DNA of 64,000 nt from Stegostoma tigrinum (lineage: Eukaryota): NCBI RefSeq assembly GCF_030684315.1, contig NC_081388.1, positions 23,233,015-23,297,014 of the forward strand. The letters run 5' to 3'. Made by a program: the position numbers and the translations under genes. The notes beneath the pieces are model-generated. The model worked only from the letters and a program-made list of their open reading frames with translations. It was not told the DNA's origin and made no database searches. Positions within the stretch are counted from its first letter, which is position 1; each line of letters opens with the position of its first letter. Positions 24,320 through 36,048 of the stretch are shown here, piece by piece.

Positions 24320-25862
24320 AGTCATAGAGTTGTACATCATGGAAACAGACCTTTTGGTCCAACTTGTCCATGCTGACCAGATATCTTAAATTAATCTCGT
24401 CCCATTTGGCGCATATCCTTCTAAACTCTTCCTGTTCATGTACCCATCAAGATGCCTTCTGAATGTTGCAATTGTACCAGCTTTCATCACTTCCTCTGAT
24501 ATTACCACTCTCTATGTGGAAAAAGTTGCCGCTTACGTCGTTTTTATATCTTTTTCCTCTCACTTTAAACTTAACCCAGCGGTTTGGGACTTGCCTACCC
24601 TGGGAAGACAAAAATCTTGGCTATTCACCCTATCCATACCTCTCATGATTTTATAAACCTCTATAAGGTCCTTCCTCAGTCTTCAACGTTCCAGAGAAAA
24701 TAACCCCAGCCTATTCAATCTCTCCCTATAGCTCAAACCCTCCAACCCCTGTAGCATCTTATAAATCTGTCTGCATACTTTCAAGTTTCACAACATCTTT
24801 CCTGAAGCAGGGAGACCAGAAATGAATGTAATATTCCAACAATGGCCTAACTAATATCCTGTACAACCACAACATGACATCCAACTCCTGTACTCAATGC
24901 ACTGATCTCCTGTCTACCTGTGACTCCACCTTCAAGGAATGAACCTGCTCTCCAAGGTCTCTTTGTTTGGCAACTCTCCCCAGGACCTTAACATTAAGTG
25001 TATAAGTTCAGCCCTGACTTACAAAATGCAACACCTCACATTTATCTAAATTAAACTCCAACTGTCACTCCTCAGCCCATCAGCCTATCTGACAAAGATC
25101 CTGGCATACTCTGAGATAATCTTCTTCACTGTCCACTACACCACAAGGTGTAATCTGCAAACTTATTAACTATACCTCCTATATTCATATCAAAATCATT
25201 TTATAATTGACAAAAAGCAGTGGACCCAGAACTGATCCTTGTGATACACTGCTGGTCATAGGCCTCCAGTCTGAAAAACAGTCATCTACCACCACCCCCT
25301 GTCTCCTACCTTCAAGCTAATTTTATATCCAATTGGCTAGCTCCCCCTGGATTCCATGTGATCTAACCATGCTAACCAGTTTATCATGAACAATCTTGTC
25401 AAACACCTTGCTGAATTCCATACAGACAACATTTACTGCTCTGCCTTCATCAATCTTCTTCATCACTTCTTCAAAGGACTCAAGCAAATTAGTGAGACAC
25501 GATTTCCCGTACAAAAAGCCATGCTGACTATCTCTGATCAGTCCTTGCCTTTCCAAATGGACATGGATCTTGTCCCTCATGAATTGTCTCCAACAACTTA
25601 CTCGCCACTGACATCAGTTTCACCAGTCTATAGTTCCTTAGGTTTTCCTAACCATCCTTTTAAAATAACGGCACCACATTAGCCACTTGAGGCTATCAAT
25701 GATACAAACATCTCAGCAAGGAGTCCAGCAAACACTCCGATAGCTTCAGACAAAGTTTTGGGATCCACCTGACAAGGTCCTGGGAATTTATCCACCTTTA
25801 TATGTTGTAAGGCATCCAGCACCTCCTCCTCTGTAATATGAACGCTTTACAAGATGTCACTT
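24320..25862 (-). mobile_element. CR1 LINE 3' fragment, nested
   Basis: SQHGF..KSCLTNLLE..FSKVFDK and a CR1 tail. Confidence 0.9.
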
Positions 25863-26319
25863 TATTGTTTGCAAGCTCGCTTGTTGAACTCTGAGATAAA
25901 GAGATCTCGGTGGCTTGATATATGAATTTCAAAAAGTTAGCATGTTGGTATGGTAAATGATTAAGGAGGCAAATGGAATGCAGTTTTTCATAGTGAGAGG
26001 AATGAATTGTAAAAGTAGGAAAGTTTTGCTACAATTGTACAGTGTATTGGTGAGACCACATCTGGAGGCTTGTATACAATCCTGGCCCTGTTCAAAGCAG
26101 AAAAGGTTCAGCGAACTGGTTCTTGAAATAAAATTCCTTTTTTATTAGGAAAGGGTGGAAAAATGAGGTCTGCATGCGCTAGAGTCTAGACAAATGAGAT
26201 GTGGTCTAATTGAAACATACAAGATTCTATAGGGATTTGACTTTGGGTAGATGTAGAACTGATGTTTTCTTTTATGAAAGAGACTAAACATAGAGGAAAC
26301 AGTTTAAAAATAAGGGATA

Positions 26320-26528
26320 ACAAAGTGTGAAGCTGGATGAACACTGCAGGCCAAACAGCATCTCAGGAGCACAAAAGCTGACGTTTCGGGCCTTATCAGC
26401 TCTGATGAAGGGTCTAGGCCCGAAATGTCAGCTTTTGTGCTCCTGAGATGCTGCTTGGCCTGCTGTGTTCATCCAGCTTCACACTTTGTTATCTTAGTTT
26501 CTCCAGCATCTGCAGTCCCCATTATCTC
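26320..26528. mobile_element. Fold-back Penelope-terminus mini-insertion (family A)
   Basis: Palindrome. TSD taaaaataa(g/t)ggata at 26305-26319 / 26529-26543. Confidence 0.88.
26402..26429 (+). ncRNA. Minimal hammerhead motif (CpG-decayed stem III)
   Basis: agct-CTGATGA-A-GGGTC-TA-GGCCC-GAAAT-GTC-agct, with a 4-bp stem I possible. A similar copy is at 14218-14245. Confidence 0.6.
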
Positions 26529-26919
26529 TAAAAATAATGGATATCCCACTTATGATGGATATTAGGAAAATTTCTTTCTCTCTTTTTCTCTGTCCTTCCC
26601 CAGAGAGCAGAACAGGTGGGGTCACTGAATCTTTTTTAGGTTGCGTGAGATAAATTCTTAACTAACAAGGGAATCACTGGGTTTTAGGGTATGGACAGGA
26701 AAGTAGAGCTAAAGTCAGGTCAGCCAAACTTCTATCCAATGTGAGGCAGACTTGAAGCGTCAAATGGCCTACTGCTGATCCTAATTCAGATGTACATAGA
26801 ACATAAAAAAGTACAGCACAGTACAGGCCCTTCAGCCCACGATGTTGTACCATGGAATAATCCAATCCAAAAATAAAATAACCTAACCTACATTCCCCAT
26901 ATGCATGAACATGTTGCAG

Positions 26920-27750
26920 ATAGTAGACAGGCTTTGAGGAGGCAAATTACCACATTTCTGAGCCTCAGACCTGCTCTTGTAGCCGTAGTGTTTATTTGGC
27001 TGGTCCAGTTTAGTTTCTGGTCAGTGGTAGCCCCAGGATGTTGCTAGTAGGGAATTCACTGATAATAAGGCCATTGAATTTCAAGGGGAGATACTCTCTT
27101 CTTTGAGAGATATTTTAGTTGCCATTTATCAGCTCAAGATCTGAATGCTGTCCAGTCCTTGCTGCATATTTGCATGGTCTGCTTTAGAATCTGAGGAGTT
27201 GCAAATGGTGCTGAATATTGTGTAATCATCAGTGAACGTTTCTGATTTTATTCTGGAGGGAAGGACATTGATGAAATGTCTGAAGATGATTTTGGCAAGA
27301 TACTAATCTGAGGTACTCCTGCTGTAATGTCCTATGGCTGAGACAATATACTTCCAACAACTGCAGTCATCTTCCTTTGTGCCAGATATGATTTCATTCA
27401 ATGGGACGTTTTATCCCTCCTTTCCATTGACTTCAGTTGGCTCCATGATGTTACCCTTGCTCAAGTGTTGCCTTGATGTCAAGGACAGATACTTTCACCA
27501 TATCACTTCAGCATGTTTTTTGTCCATGTTTTGACCAAAACTGCATTGGGTTAAGGAGCCAAGTGGCCCAAACAGATGATGAGTGAGCAGTTTCTTGTGT
27601 GTAAGTGCCCTATGATAACAGAGGGAAATGACTCCTTCTATCACTTCATGAAGGTGTTGATAGGGCAGTAATTGGCTAGTTTGGATTTGTCCTGCTTTTT
27701 GCAGGCAGAAAGTGTCTGGGTATTTTGCATACTGTCAAGTAGGTATTAGC
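26920..27750 (-). mobile_element. Old L2/CR1-group LINE remnant (related pieces ~41110-41630, 29745-29950, 7645-7770)
   Basis: Decayed RT sequence complementary to the plus-strand copy near 39500-40800. Confidence 0.5.
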
Positions 27751-27767
27751 GATGAGTTGTTTATCCT

Positions 27768-27773
27768 TTTATT
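27768..27773 (-). promoter_or_regulatory. Candidate polyadenylation signal of the ICAM-like gene
   Basis: AATAAA on the minus strand ~70 nt after the stop codon. Confidence 0.45.
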
Positions 27774-27840
27774 GTGTCAGCTCTGAGACCATATCATCAT
27801 AAACGTTGATCTTGGCTGCACATACAAAGATTGTTTGCTG

Positions 27841-27956
27841 CTATTTATTTTGCTCTATACAATAAATGATTATGATACATAACAATCCTCCAGCTATGAT
27901 TGCAACAGAGGTGAGGCCAGTGATCTTTGCTGCAAGCCTTCTGGTTGTTGTTTGAT
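27841..27956 (-). CDS. ICAM/VCAM-like gene, terminal transmembrane exon (not in ORF track)
   Basis: Acceptor ttgtctttcattcag. The phase-1 frame reads (Y)QTTTRRLAAKITGLTSVAIIAGGLLCIIIIYCIEQNK*, a ~23-residue hydrophobic span, with TAG at 27843-27841. Confidence 0.82.
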
Positions 27957-28559
27957 CTGAATGAAAGACAAGCAAAGAATGATTAAATTAATATCAGAAG
28001 CTTTCATTACACAATAAAATGTACAAGTATTGTTTTAATTTTCCACTTTTAAGGTTCTTTCATTAAAAGTTGTTTATCCTTTATATTGTCTCTCCTAATT
28101 AAAAGTGCCACTCCCCATTTAAACATCTCTTACTTTCTGTTCACATTATGATTCTTATATTGGTTTTTAAGTCATGTCATCACATTGTCAGTGAGGCCAC
28201 ACCACTTGTGATGCTACAGATAGCATCAATGGTCTGTGCTCTGCAGTTAAAGATCAACATTCTTTTTAAACAGTTCTCTGCTCTGTTACCGAAGTAAACT
28301 TTGTAAAATTTCTCTGCTGTTTGTACCTGCATGGGTAGAGGACCTGCTGTGGACATGGTTTTTAAAATAATTTCAGCTAAGGCTATACTGTACAGTACTT
28401 TACAAAAGCTGTGGAACTTACATTGTAACTGTACTGTACTATAAATTTCTTTTACAACTTCTCTGCAAGCAAGAAGCCCGCTTCCTTCATTGTAGATTTC
28501 CATGTTTCACAAGTTACTTCAGCAAGAAATACACTTACTTCCTCTTTTTTAGATTTACA

Positions 28560-29270
28560 CTTTATTTTCATGTATACTCTGTACAAAAGTACAGGAGTAC
28601 AATGAAAAGTTTTCTATGTTGCCCTATATGGGTACAAATGCACAAGAACAAAGTAGAAAGAAATAAGGAACAAAGTTAAAAGTTAAACATTATAGTTGCT
28701 GTTAGTATATCGTATAAAAAGGATAAAAGTTAAATATTATAGTTTCTTAGTATTGATTCAAAAAATAAAGAAATAAAGCTAAAAGTTCACCCATTGCAGT
28801 CTTTCTTAAGTAGTCCTATGCTGGGAAAACACTTCCTATAATGGATTGATCTCTGCTTTGGCATGCTTTTCCCACACTGGCTCGATTTCCCTTGTTGCTG
28901 CAGATATCACGAGAACCTCCATTGCCTGTGTTGGTCTTGCTTCTGGGATCACCAAAGCCCTGATCCAGGCCTCCAGCTGCTGTCACACATTAGACCATCA
29001 AAGCCCTGATCCTGGCCTTAGCCTCACCTTTGGTATGCATTCTGGGCATCTGGAACTCACCAAGATTCCTGGGTCAGGCTCCTGCAGTGGGCATCTACCC
29101 GACTGCCAAATTCAGTGACCCCGATACTGCTCCTGCTGCTGTCTCTCTCCAGAAGATAAGATAGTAGAAAAACACTAAAGCTAAAAAGAAGAAAGAAAAA
29201 ACAAGAAAAGAAGAAAAAAGGAAAGGAAGAAGAAAAGTGGATGATCCTACTCTGCTGCCATCTTGCAGAA
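28560..29270 (-). repeat. Non-coding dispersed repeat, probably a non-autonomous LINE derivative (related pieces ~8740-9200, ~30000-30150)
   Basis: Starts caagatggcagcagagtagg on the minus strand, and shares ccatcttaggta..gtacaaaa..aaagttaaaagtt blocks among the three loci. Confidence 0.45.
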
Positions 29271-29952
29271 ATGCTTTCTTGTGCAAACACTACCATCAAG
29301 AACCTAACTCTGATTTTAACATTGATTCCTATCTGAAACTGCTTCATTTAAGGTTATCTCACTTAAAGTCACAATTTTCTGGAACACAGCCGGTAAGTGA
29401 GGAGACCCGGCACTTAGAAATTGTGTCTGTAGATTATGGATGAGATGAAGTATCCATTGTCTTTTGTCTATCCATTTTACATAATAGGAAGGAATCAGAT
29501 GTTTGGAAAAGAGGCAGTTCAATAATTCCTTCAAGGAGAATGCCAAGTGAGAGGGATGATGTGTGCCACTAACTTAATGGGGGGTGATAAGGACATACAT
29601 AGTCCTTGCTCTCTGGACAGTTGGTCCTACATACACCTTTCTACTTTATTAAGAGTCAAAGACAATGCTGTTGGGCTATTGGTGTTCTTTTCCTCAAAGC
29701 AGACAAGCCTCCCTTGCCCATTGTTCTGATTACATAGCTTTATTTCTTAATCATCTGTGGGACATAGTCAGCATTTATGCCGTCCCTAGTTGCCCTTGAG
29801 AAGGTGGCGGTGAGCTGCCTTTTTGAACCACTGCAGTCTGCTTGCTGTGGGTTGACACACAATTCCATTAGGGAGGGGATTCCAGCATTTTGACCCAGTG
29901 ACAGTGAAAGAACAGGGATATATTTCCAAGTCAGGTCAGTGAGTCACTTTTC

Positions 29953-29995
29953 TGAATGCATGAATGAATGAATGAATGAATGAATTAGCTTGAAT
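29953..29995. repeat. (TGAA)n microsatellite
   Basis: tgaatgcatgaatgaatgaatgaatgaatgaatt. Confidence 0.85.
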
Positions 29996-30156
29996 GAGTG
30001 CAATGAAACGTGTGCAATCACAGCTTATGATACCATCTTAGGTACAAGATACCTAGATTCAGATACAGAAGTATTTGGTACAAAATTGAAAGAATATTAA
30101 CTGAAAGCCCAGCATAAGAATAAAGAGGGAAAAAAACAAACTCAATTTACAGTCAA

Positions 30157-31101
30157 GAGATAACAAAGTGTGGGGCTGGATGAACACAGCAGGCCAAGCA
30201 GCATCTTAGGAGCACAAAAGCTGACGTTTCAGGCCTAGACCCTTCATCAGAAATGGGGGATGGGGAGAGGGTTCTGAAATAAATAGGGAGAGAGGGGGAG
30301 GTGGATCGAAGATGGATAGAGGAGCAGATAGGTGGAGAGGAGATAGACAAGTTAAAGAGGTGGGGATGGAGCCAGTAGAGGTGAGTGTAGGTGGGGAGGT
30401 AGGGAAGGGATAGGTCAATCTGGGGAAGACGGACAGGTCAAGGGGGTGGGATGAGGTTAGTAAGTAGGAAATGGGGGTGCAGCTTGAGGTGGGAGGAGAG
30501 GATACGTAAGAGGAAGAACAGGATAGGAAGGCGGGGACGAGCTGGACTGGTTTTGGGATGCAGTGGGGGAAGGGGAGATTTTGAAACTGGTGAAGTCCAC
30601 ATTGATACCATTGGGCTGCAGGGTTCCCAAGCGGAATATGAGTTGCTGTTCCTGCAACCTTCGGGTGGCCTCATTGTGGCACTGCAGGAGGCCCATGATG
30701 GACATGTCGTCTGAGGAATGGGAGGGGGAGTGGAAATGGTTTGCGACTGGGAGGTGCAGTTGTTTATTGTGAACCGAGCGTAGGTGTTCTGCAAAGCGGT
30801 CCCCAAGCCTCCGCTTGGTTTCCCCAATGTAGAGGAGGTCACAACGAGTACAGCGGATGCAGTATACCACATTGGCAGATGTGCAGGTGAACATCTGCTT
30901 CATGTAGAAAGTCTTCTTGAGGCCTGGGATGGGGGTGAGGGAGGTGGTGTGGGGGCAGGTGTAGCACTTCCTGCGGTTGCAGGGGCAAGTTCTGGGTGTG
31001 GTGGGGCTGGTGGGGAGTGTGGAGCAGACAAGGGAGTCACGGAGAGAGTGGTCCCACCGGAAAGCATACAAGGGTGGGGATGGAAAAATGTCTTTGGTGG
31101 T
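30157..31101 (-). mobile_element. Penelope-like 3' fragment (GIY-YIG + terminal repeat) in the last intron
   Basis: ORF 30457-31143 carries CNRRKCYTC and VVYCIRC..YIGETKRRLGDRFAEH, with the same terminal sequence as the 53830 copy. Confidence 0.92.
30223..30250 (-). ncRNA. Minimal type I hammerhead motif, sense to the ICAM-like pre-mRNA
   Basis: Minus strand reads CTGATGA-A-GGGTC-TA-GGCCT-GAAAC-GTC. Confidence 0.72.
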
Positions 31102-31364
31102 TGAGAGAAAGCTTGGGACTAGACCAAATGCTTTCGAGGACATGAAAGGAAGTGAGAATGGAAATTACAGAGGCAATTTCAAGAATTGTTCAATCTTGCC
31201 TGGAGTTGAAGTCAGAGCTGGAGGAATTTAGAATTGGAAATCTTCTCCAAAAACGTTGTAAAGATTGAACCAGCAATAGCAGACCAATCAGTTAAACTTC
31301 AAAAATCAGAACACTCCGAAAAACAATTACTCACACGAGAGTCTGAACGGATGTTTTTAGGGGT

Positions 31365-31458
31365 ATCAACATGTGGAGCTGGATGAACACAGTGGGCCAA
31401 GCAGCATCAGAGGAGCAGGAAAGCTGACGTTTCAGGCCTAGACCCTCCTTCAGAAAAT
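31365..31458 (-). mobile_element. Short Penelope terminal fragment (variant subfamily) with mutated hammerhead
   Basis: Minus strand reads ctgaagga-gggtctaggcct-gaaacgtc-agctttcctgctcctctgatgctgc. Confidence 0.75.
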
Positions 31459-31778
31459 CTTTTTAGGGGGTCACGTTAGCTCAGTTGGCTGCATGGTTGG
31501 TTGGCGAAGCAAAGTGATGCTAACAGTGTGGGTTCAATTGCCATCACCAACTCAGGTTACCATGAAGATACTGGGGTAATAATGGACAGTGTCCTCACCT
31601 GGGGATCTCTGTCCCTTTGGCCTCTGTGAGAAAAGAAGCTGCTGCAGGGCAGTCTCTGTGTGAGGAGACCAAATCAATTTGGTTAGGACCAAGAGGAGAA
31701 TCGGTATGAGAATTTCATTGGTGTCCATTTTGACAAAAAATCCCAATGACCTTTCATGAGGTAAATAATGCTACTTAC

Positions 31779-32066
31779 ACAGGACATGGAGGGTTCCAAC
31801 CTGTTGTTTAATAACAGGGCTGGTTATTGACTGATCTTGAAGTTTCAGTTCAGCTTCACAGATAAACTGCTGTCCATCCAGCTTTGCTTGAGCCTGTACT
31901 GTATGAGAGATAGTGAGCCCAGTACTGCTCGATCCTTTCGCTAATATGTCATTTTCTTTCTTCAGTCTGAGTTCAAGATCCCCTGAGACATTTAATACAT
32001 GGCACGTAATGTTAACCAGATTTCCTTCATGGCTGGTTGGTATTTGGATTTCAGGGGAAGAGAAAA
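31779..32066 (-). CDS. ICAM/VCAM-like gene, Ig domain 4 exon
   Basis: Acceptor tctcttgtttttag, donor T|GTAAGT, 288 nt, phase 1-1. FSSPEIQI..EGNLVNITC..DGQQFICEAEL..LHVL. Confidence 0.92.
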
Positions 32067-32755
32067 CTAAAAACAAGAGACAGAAACTGTTAGAAACATT
32101 CCTTTGTCCTGTGGTCCCTCAGTGTGAGGTTAATAACAGTCACACAAAGGCAGACAGCAATTAGTCCTTCTTGCGCAGCCCCTACTTCATTGCTGTATCA
32201 GGATGGTGTACAAAGCCCTACAGCATCTTTCAGTGTTCCTTCAGTATTCCAAATATCTAACACAACATTCATTCCTGACCCAAACTGACCAAAGCTATTG
32301 TAATATTTATTCTGCTCATTTCAGTTTGTAGAATCCTAAAATCTGTGTTTAGTTAAATTGTTCTCAGGGTTTAAGCATTCAACATCTGTCCTTGGTGAGT
32401 TTACTGTAAGTGGTTCACTCCAGAGGATATGTGCTAATGAAACAGTGGAACTGCTCTCAGAGATAATTCTCTGGCTGTGAAACACTTTGAAAATCCCTGA
32501 GAATGAGAAAGGGACTACAGGAATGTACAATTCTTCTTTCATTTGGTCTTGTGGTAACTTGTGTTTGTAACTTTTGAAACGACATTTGTCAGTATTAAAG
32601 ATTAGACAGTGGTCAATGTATTTACTGGTAGCTGCTTCTCTATTGTTTAAAGTGATGAAAGTTCTGACACGTTGCAATGTTGACAGTGATGAACTATCAG
32701 AATGTTGCTGAATGGTAAGCCACCCCAGCCCTCCCCCCACAACCAGAATCCTTAC

Positions 32756-33049
32756 CGTACACCTCAATGAAGACCGTGTGATTCTTTGAGGGAACTGATG
32801 GATACTTCTCAAAATCAGCCATACAGACAACTTCGATCAGACCAGTTTCCTGCGGTGTCCACGCTGCTGTTGATTGGACAGTGTTAGAATTTGGCCTTGT
32901 GGTAACTGAGTTCAGTTCCTCACCATCCTGAAACCATCGTACTCTCATCTTCTCAACTGGATAGACATCTGAGACCTCACATGTTAATATGACCTCTTGC
33001 TTCACTTCTTTGGGCCTTTTGTCCAGGATTCTAGGCTGATCCATGAAAG
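32756..33049 (-). CDS. ICAM/VCAM-like gene, Ig domain 3 exon
   Basis: Acceptor tgtctgtattacag, donor G|GTAAGG, 294 nt, phase 1-1. VILTCEVSDVYP..VRWFQDG..VVCMADF. Confidence 0.92.
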
Positions 33050-34220
33050 CTGTAATACAGACAAGAAATTCACTTCATTTTAATTTGCTGCGGTGTATTT
33101 TAGTTTTTAATGGACAGTGTGGAAAAGGGAGCAATGCAGGTATTGGACAATACATCACCCCAGGGATTTACCACATTCACCCATAGTGAGGAAACTGGAG
33201 GCATCTGCAGTCATCTCACCGCTTTTATTTTCAAATTAATTCTTGCTACCTTTCAGGCACTTCAAATACTAAGTCTGTTTCTTGTGGGCCAGTTCCTCTG
33301 CGTGTCAATGCAGTCCTGATTTAGCTTCACTGTGTTCTTACTTGCATCCGTCTATAACATCCCAACTGAGGTTGGAATTTCAGTGTTCGTGACCTAGGGA
33401 TAAATCTGTGAAGTTTTCTTTGCCCTCCCTGTATCATGAGATTTTCTGAACTTTTTATGATCCCATCTCCTGGTCACTGAGTTATATTTAATGCAGCTCA
33501 GTGAAATTTCTTTCAAAATACCTGCCACTGTCAGGAAACTGCTGGTTCCCCTGTGGCTACCACAATCATCCAGGGCTCCTGTCAGCAGAAAGAGTGCACG
33601 TTAGGGCACTTTAAACAGTGGAATGTCTGCCATGTCAGAAAATCCTCCAATTTGAGCTCTCCACTTCAAAGAAGGAGATTCAACATTTATGGGAATTGGT
33701 AAGGACATGGAGCTACAGTCAAAGATTAGTCGTTGAATAGCAGACCAGGCTCAAGGTGCCCAATAGTGTATTCCAACACCAGTTCCTTCTGTTTCTCTGC
33801 CTTGCAATGACTTTATTGACCTTTTCAAATCAGTTTTTGCACATCCTGCAGCTGTAGAACATTTACAATTACACCATGAACTGGTCATAGAGTCATACAG
33901 CAAGGAAACAGGACAGGTTTCCTTAACTGAATTACTCCCATTTGCCTGCATTTGGTCCGTATCCCTCTCAGCCTTTCGTGTTCTAATGTCTTACAAATGT
34001 TGTATCTGTAGCCTTCTCTACCACTGAAAAGGTTGCATGTTTGCGTCATTGTCCAGGATGTGGAATGTTTATCATCACACTTTGTATTAATGACACAAGG
34101 GGAACTAACGACAACTTTTGTCAACGTAATTTCCCATTGCTAATTCTTAACAAATTATAGATATTTAAACCATGGTATTCTCTAAATGAGGAGAGTGTTT
34201 CTTGTGCAGCTGGAACTTAC

Positions 34221-34535
34221 AGTAGGTTTGCAGAGTGACAGAGGAGTTTGTGATTGACATTGTGGTGTTAGAGCCCAAGTCCACTTCAGCCAAGCAGGTG
34301 TACTCCTGTCCATCATCTGATAGACTTGCAGTGAAATTGAAGACATTTCTCAACCTGTTATCTTCATCCGGAAGACCTTGGTTTTCTGCAGAATTTCTCT
34401 GAACAATCTCACTCCCTCTTATCCATGTGAGAATGAGTTTGTTGTTTGGGTAGACTCTTGGTCCGATGCACTGCAGACTATATCTCCTGTTAACCTCCAG
34501 CACTTCAGGGAGTGATATAATGTTTATCTCTCGAT
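34221..34535 (-). CDS. ICAM/VCAM-like gene, Ig domain 2 exon
   Basis: Acceptor ttctcctttaacag, donor T|GTAAGT, 315 nt, phase 1-1. YSLQCIGPRVYP..LILTWIRG..DDGQEYTCLAEVDL is a typical ICAM/VCAM D2. Confidence 0.93.
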
Positions 34536-35182
34536 CTGTTAAAGGAGAATCACAGTTAATAGGATTCACAGAAATAGTGTGTTTAAAGTTTCAGGCCTCC
34601 ACTTGGTGCAGGTCAGGAATGGAAGTGGACTAACCAGTGTACATCTTCCCAACATTTTGTCAACTCCAGCATGTAGCCTGAACTATGTATGCACCCAGTA
34701 GGAATCCCCAACCCACCTCTGCAGCTACCAATTAGACTCATTCATTCCCTTGTTAAGGGGAATAAGGGAGGCTGTTTGAGATTTTCCATTCAGTCTCCAG
34801 TTTCCCAATACAACAGAGACTGATGAACTGCCTGGAAGCAGACCAGGTTACCAGTACTCAAGGCAGCTTGTGGGCCTTCATGCCTGCGTAAGTGCAAGTC
34901 CCGTTGAAGACTGCCATATGGAAAGGTTCTCCCTGCAATGGTGTTGGATGAGCTGCTTTCTCTTGTTTTTTCCTCCTTTTTTTGAAAATTGCTGAAGCTG
35001 TAGAAGTGAGGAAGTGGCTATGTAGTGGTACTATCACTGACCTGACAATGCTCTGGGGACATGAATTAAATCCCACCACGGCAGCTGGTGCAACTAAATT
35101 CAATTGAAATCTTGTCTAATGACGGTGATTATGAAGTAACTGATATTGATTGTCAGAAAAACCTGTCTGATTTACTAATCTG

Positions 35183-35444
35183 AGATAACAAAGTGTGGAG
35201 CTGATGAACACAGCAGGCCAAGCAGCATCTCAGGAGCACAAAAGCTGACGTTTCAGGCCTAGACCCTTCATCAGAGAGCTCTCTGAGTTTCGGGCCTAGA
35301 CCCTTCATCAGAGAGCTCTCTGATGAAGGGTCTAGGCCCGAAACTCAGCTTTTGTGGTCCTGAGATGCTGCTTGGCCTGCTGTGTTCATCCAGCTCCACA
35401 CTTTGTTATCTTGGATTCTCCAGCATCTGCAGTTCCCATTATCA
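35183..35444. mobile_element. Double fold-back Penelope-terminus mini-insertion with three hammerhead motifs
   Basis: Contains a perfect 66-bp palindrome at 35283-35348. TSD ctgatttact(a/c)atctg at 35167-35182 / 35445-35460. Confidence 0.9.
35247..35274 (-). ncRNA. Minimal type I hammerhead motif, sense to the ICAM-like pre-mRNA
   Basis: Intact core, with a second tandem minus-strand motif at ~35285-35311 lacking one G. Confidence 0.7.
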
Positions 35445-35477
35445 CTGATTTACTCATCTGGTTAGGAAAAGAAATCT

Positions 35478-36048
35478 CTCCCTCCACCTCCCATTCCTTA
35501 GACAACATGTCCATCATGGGCCTCCTGCAGTGCCACAATGATGCCACCCGAAGGTTGCAGGAACAGCAACTCACATTCCGCTTGGGAACGCTGCAGCCCA
35601 ATGGTATCAATGTGGACTTCAGAAGCTTCAAAATCTCCACCTCCCCCACTACATCCCAAAACCAGCCCAGCTCATCCCCGCCTCCCTAACCTGTTCTTCT
35701 TCTCACCTATCCCATCCTCCCACCTCAGGCCGCACCTCCATTCCCCACCTACCAACCTCATCCCGCCTCCTTGACCCGTCCGTCCTCCCCAGACTGACCT
35801 ATCCCCTCCCTACCTCCCCACCTATACTCTCCTCTCCACCTATTTTCTTCACTCTCCATTTTCGGTCCGCCTCCCCCTCTCTCCCTATTTATTCCAGAAC
35901 CCTCTCCCCATCCCCCTCTCTGATGAAGGATCTAGGCCCGAAACGTCAGCTTTTGTGCTCCTGAGATGCTGCTTGGCCTGCTGTGTTCATCCAGCTTCAC
36001 ATTTTATTATCTTGGATTCTCCACCATCTGTAGTTCCCATTATCTCTG
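35478..36048 (+). mobile_element. Penelope-like 3' fragment
   Basis: MSIMGLLQCHNDATRRLQEQQL..QPNGIN plus terminal repeat. TSD agg(a/t)aaagaaatct at 35464-35477 / 36049-36062. Confidence 0.9.
35920..35947 (+). ncRNA. Minimal type I hammerhead motif
   Basis: CTGATGA-A-GGATC-TA-GGCCC-GAAAC-GTC (one stem II mismatch). Confidence 0.65.

Larger units (their letters stand above)
13100..26792 (+). mobile_element. Fragmented CR1 LINE(s) hosting many nested insertions (pieces ~13100-14820, 15847-17031, 18685-18909, 23957-24320, 25880-26792)
   Basis: Collinear ORF1, endonuclease, RT (PADWKTANV) and tail (VRPHLE) remnants resume across each insertion. Similar to the less interrupted copy at 42500-45000. 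Confidence 0.75.

Noticed and set aside
28180-28503. ORF as an alternative exon before the TM exon
   Set aside because: No domain signature, and the only plausible acceptor (~28243) would create an immediate stop in phase 1.
32336-32700. ORF 32336-32830 as an extra exon
   Set aside because: No Ig motifs, and the D3 and D4 exons already join in phase.
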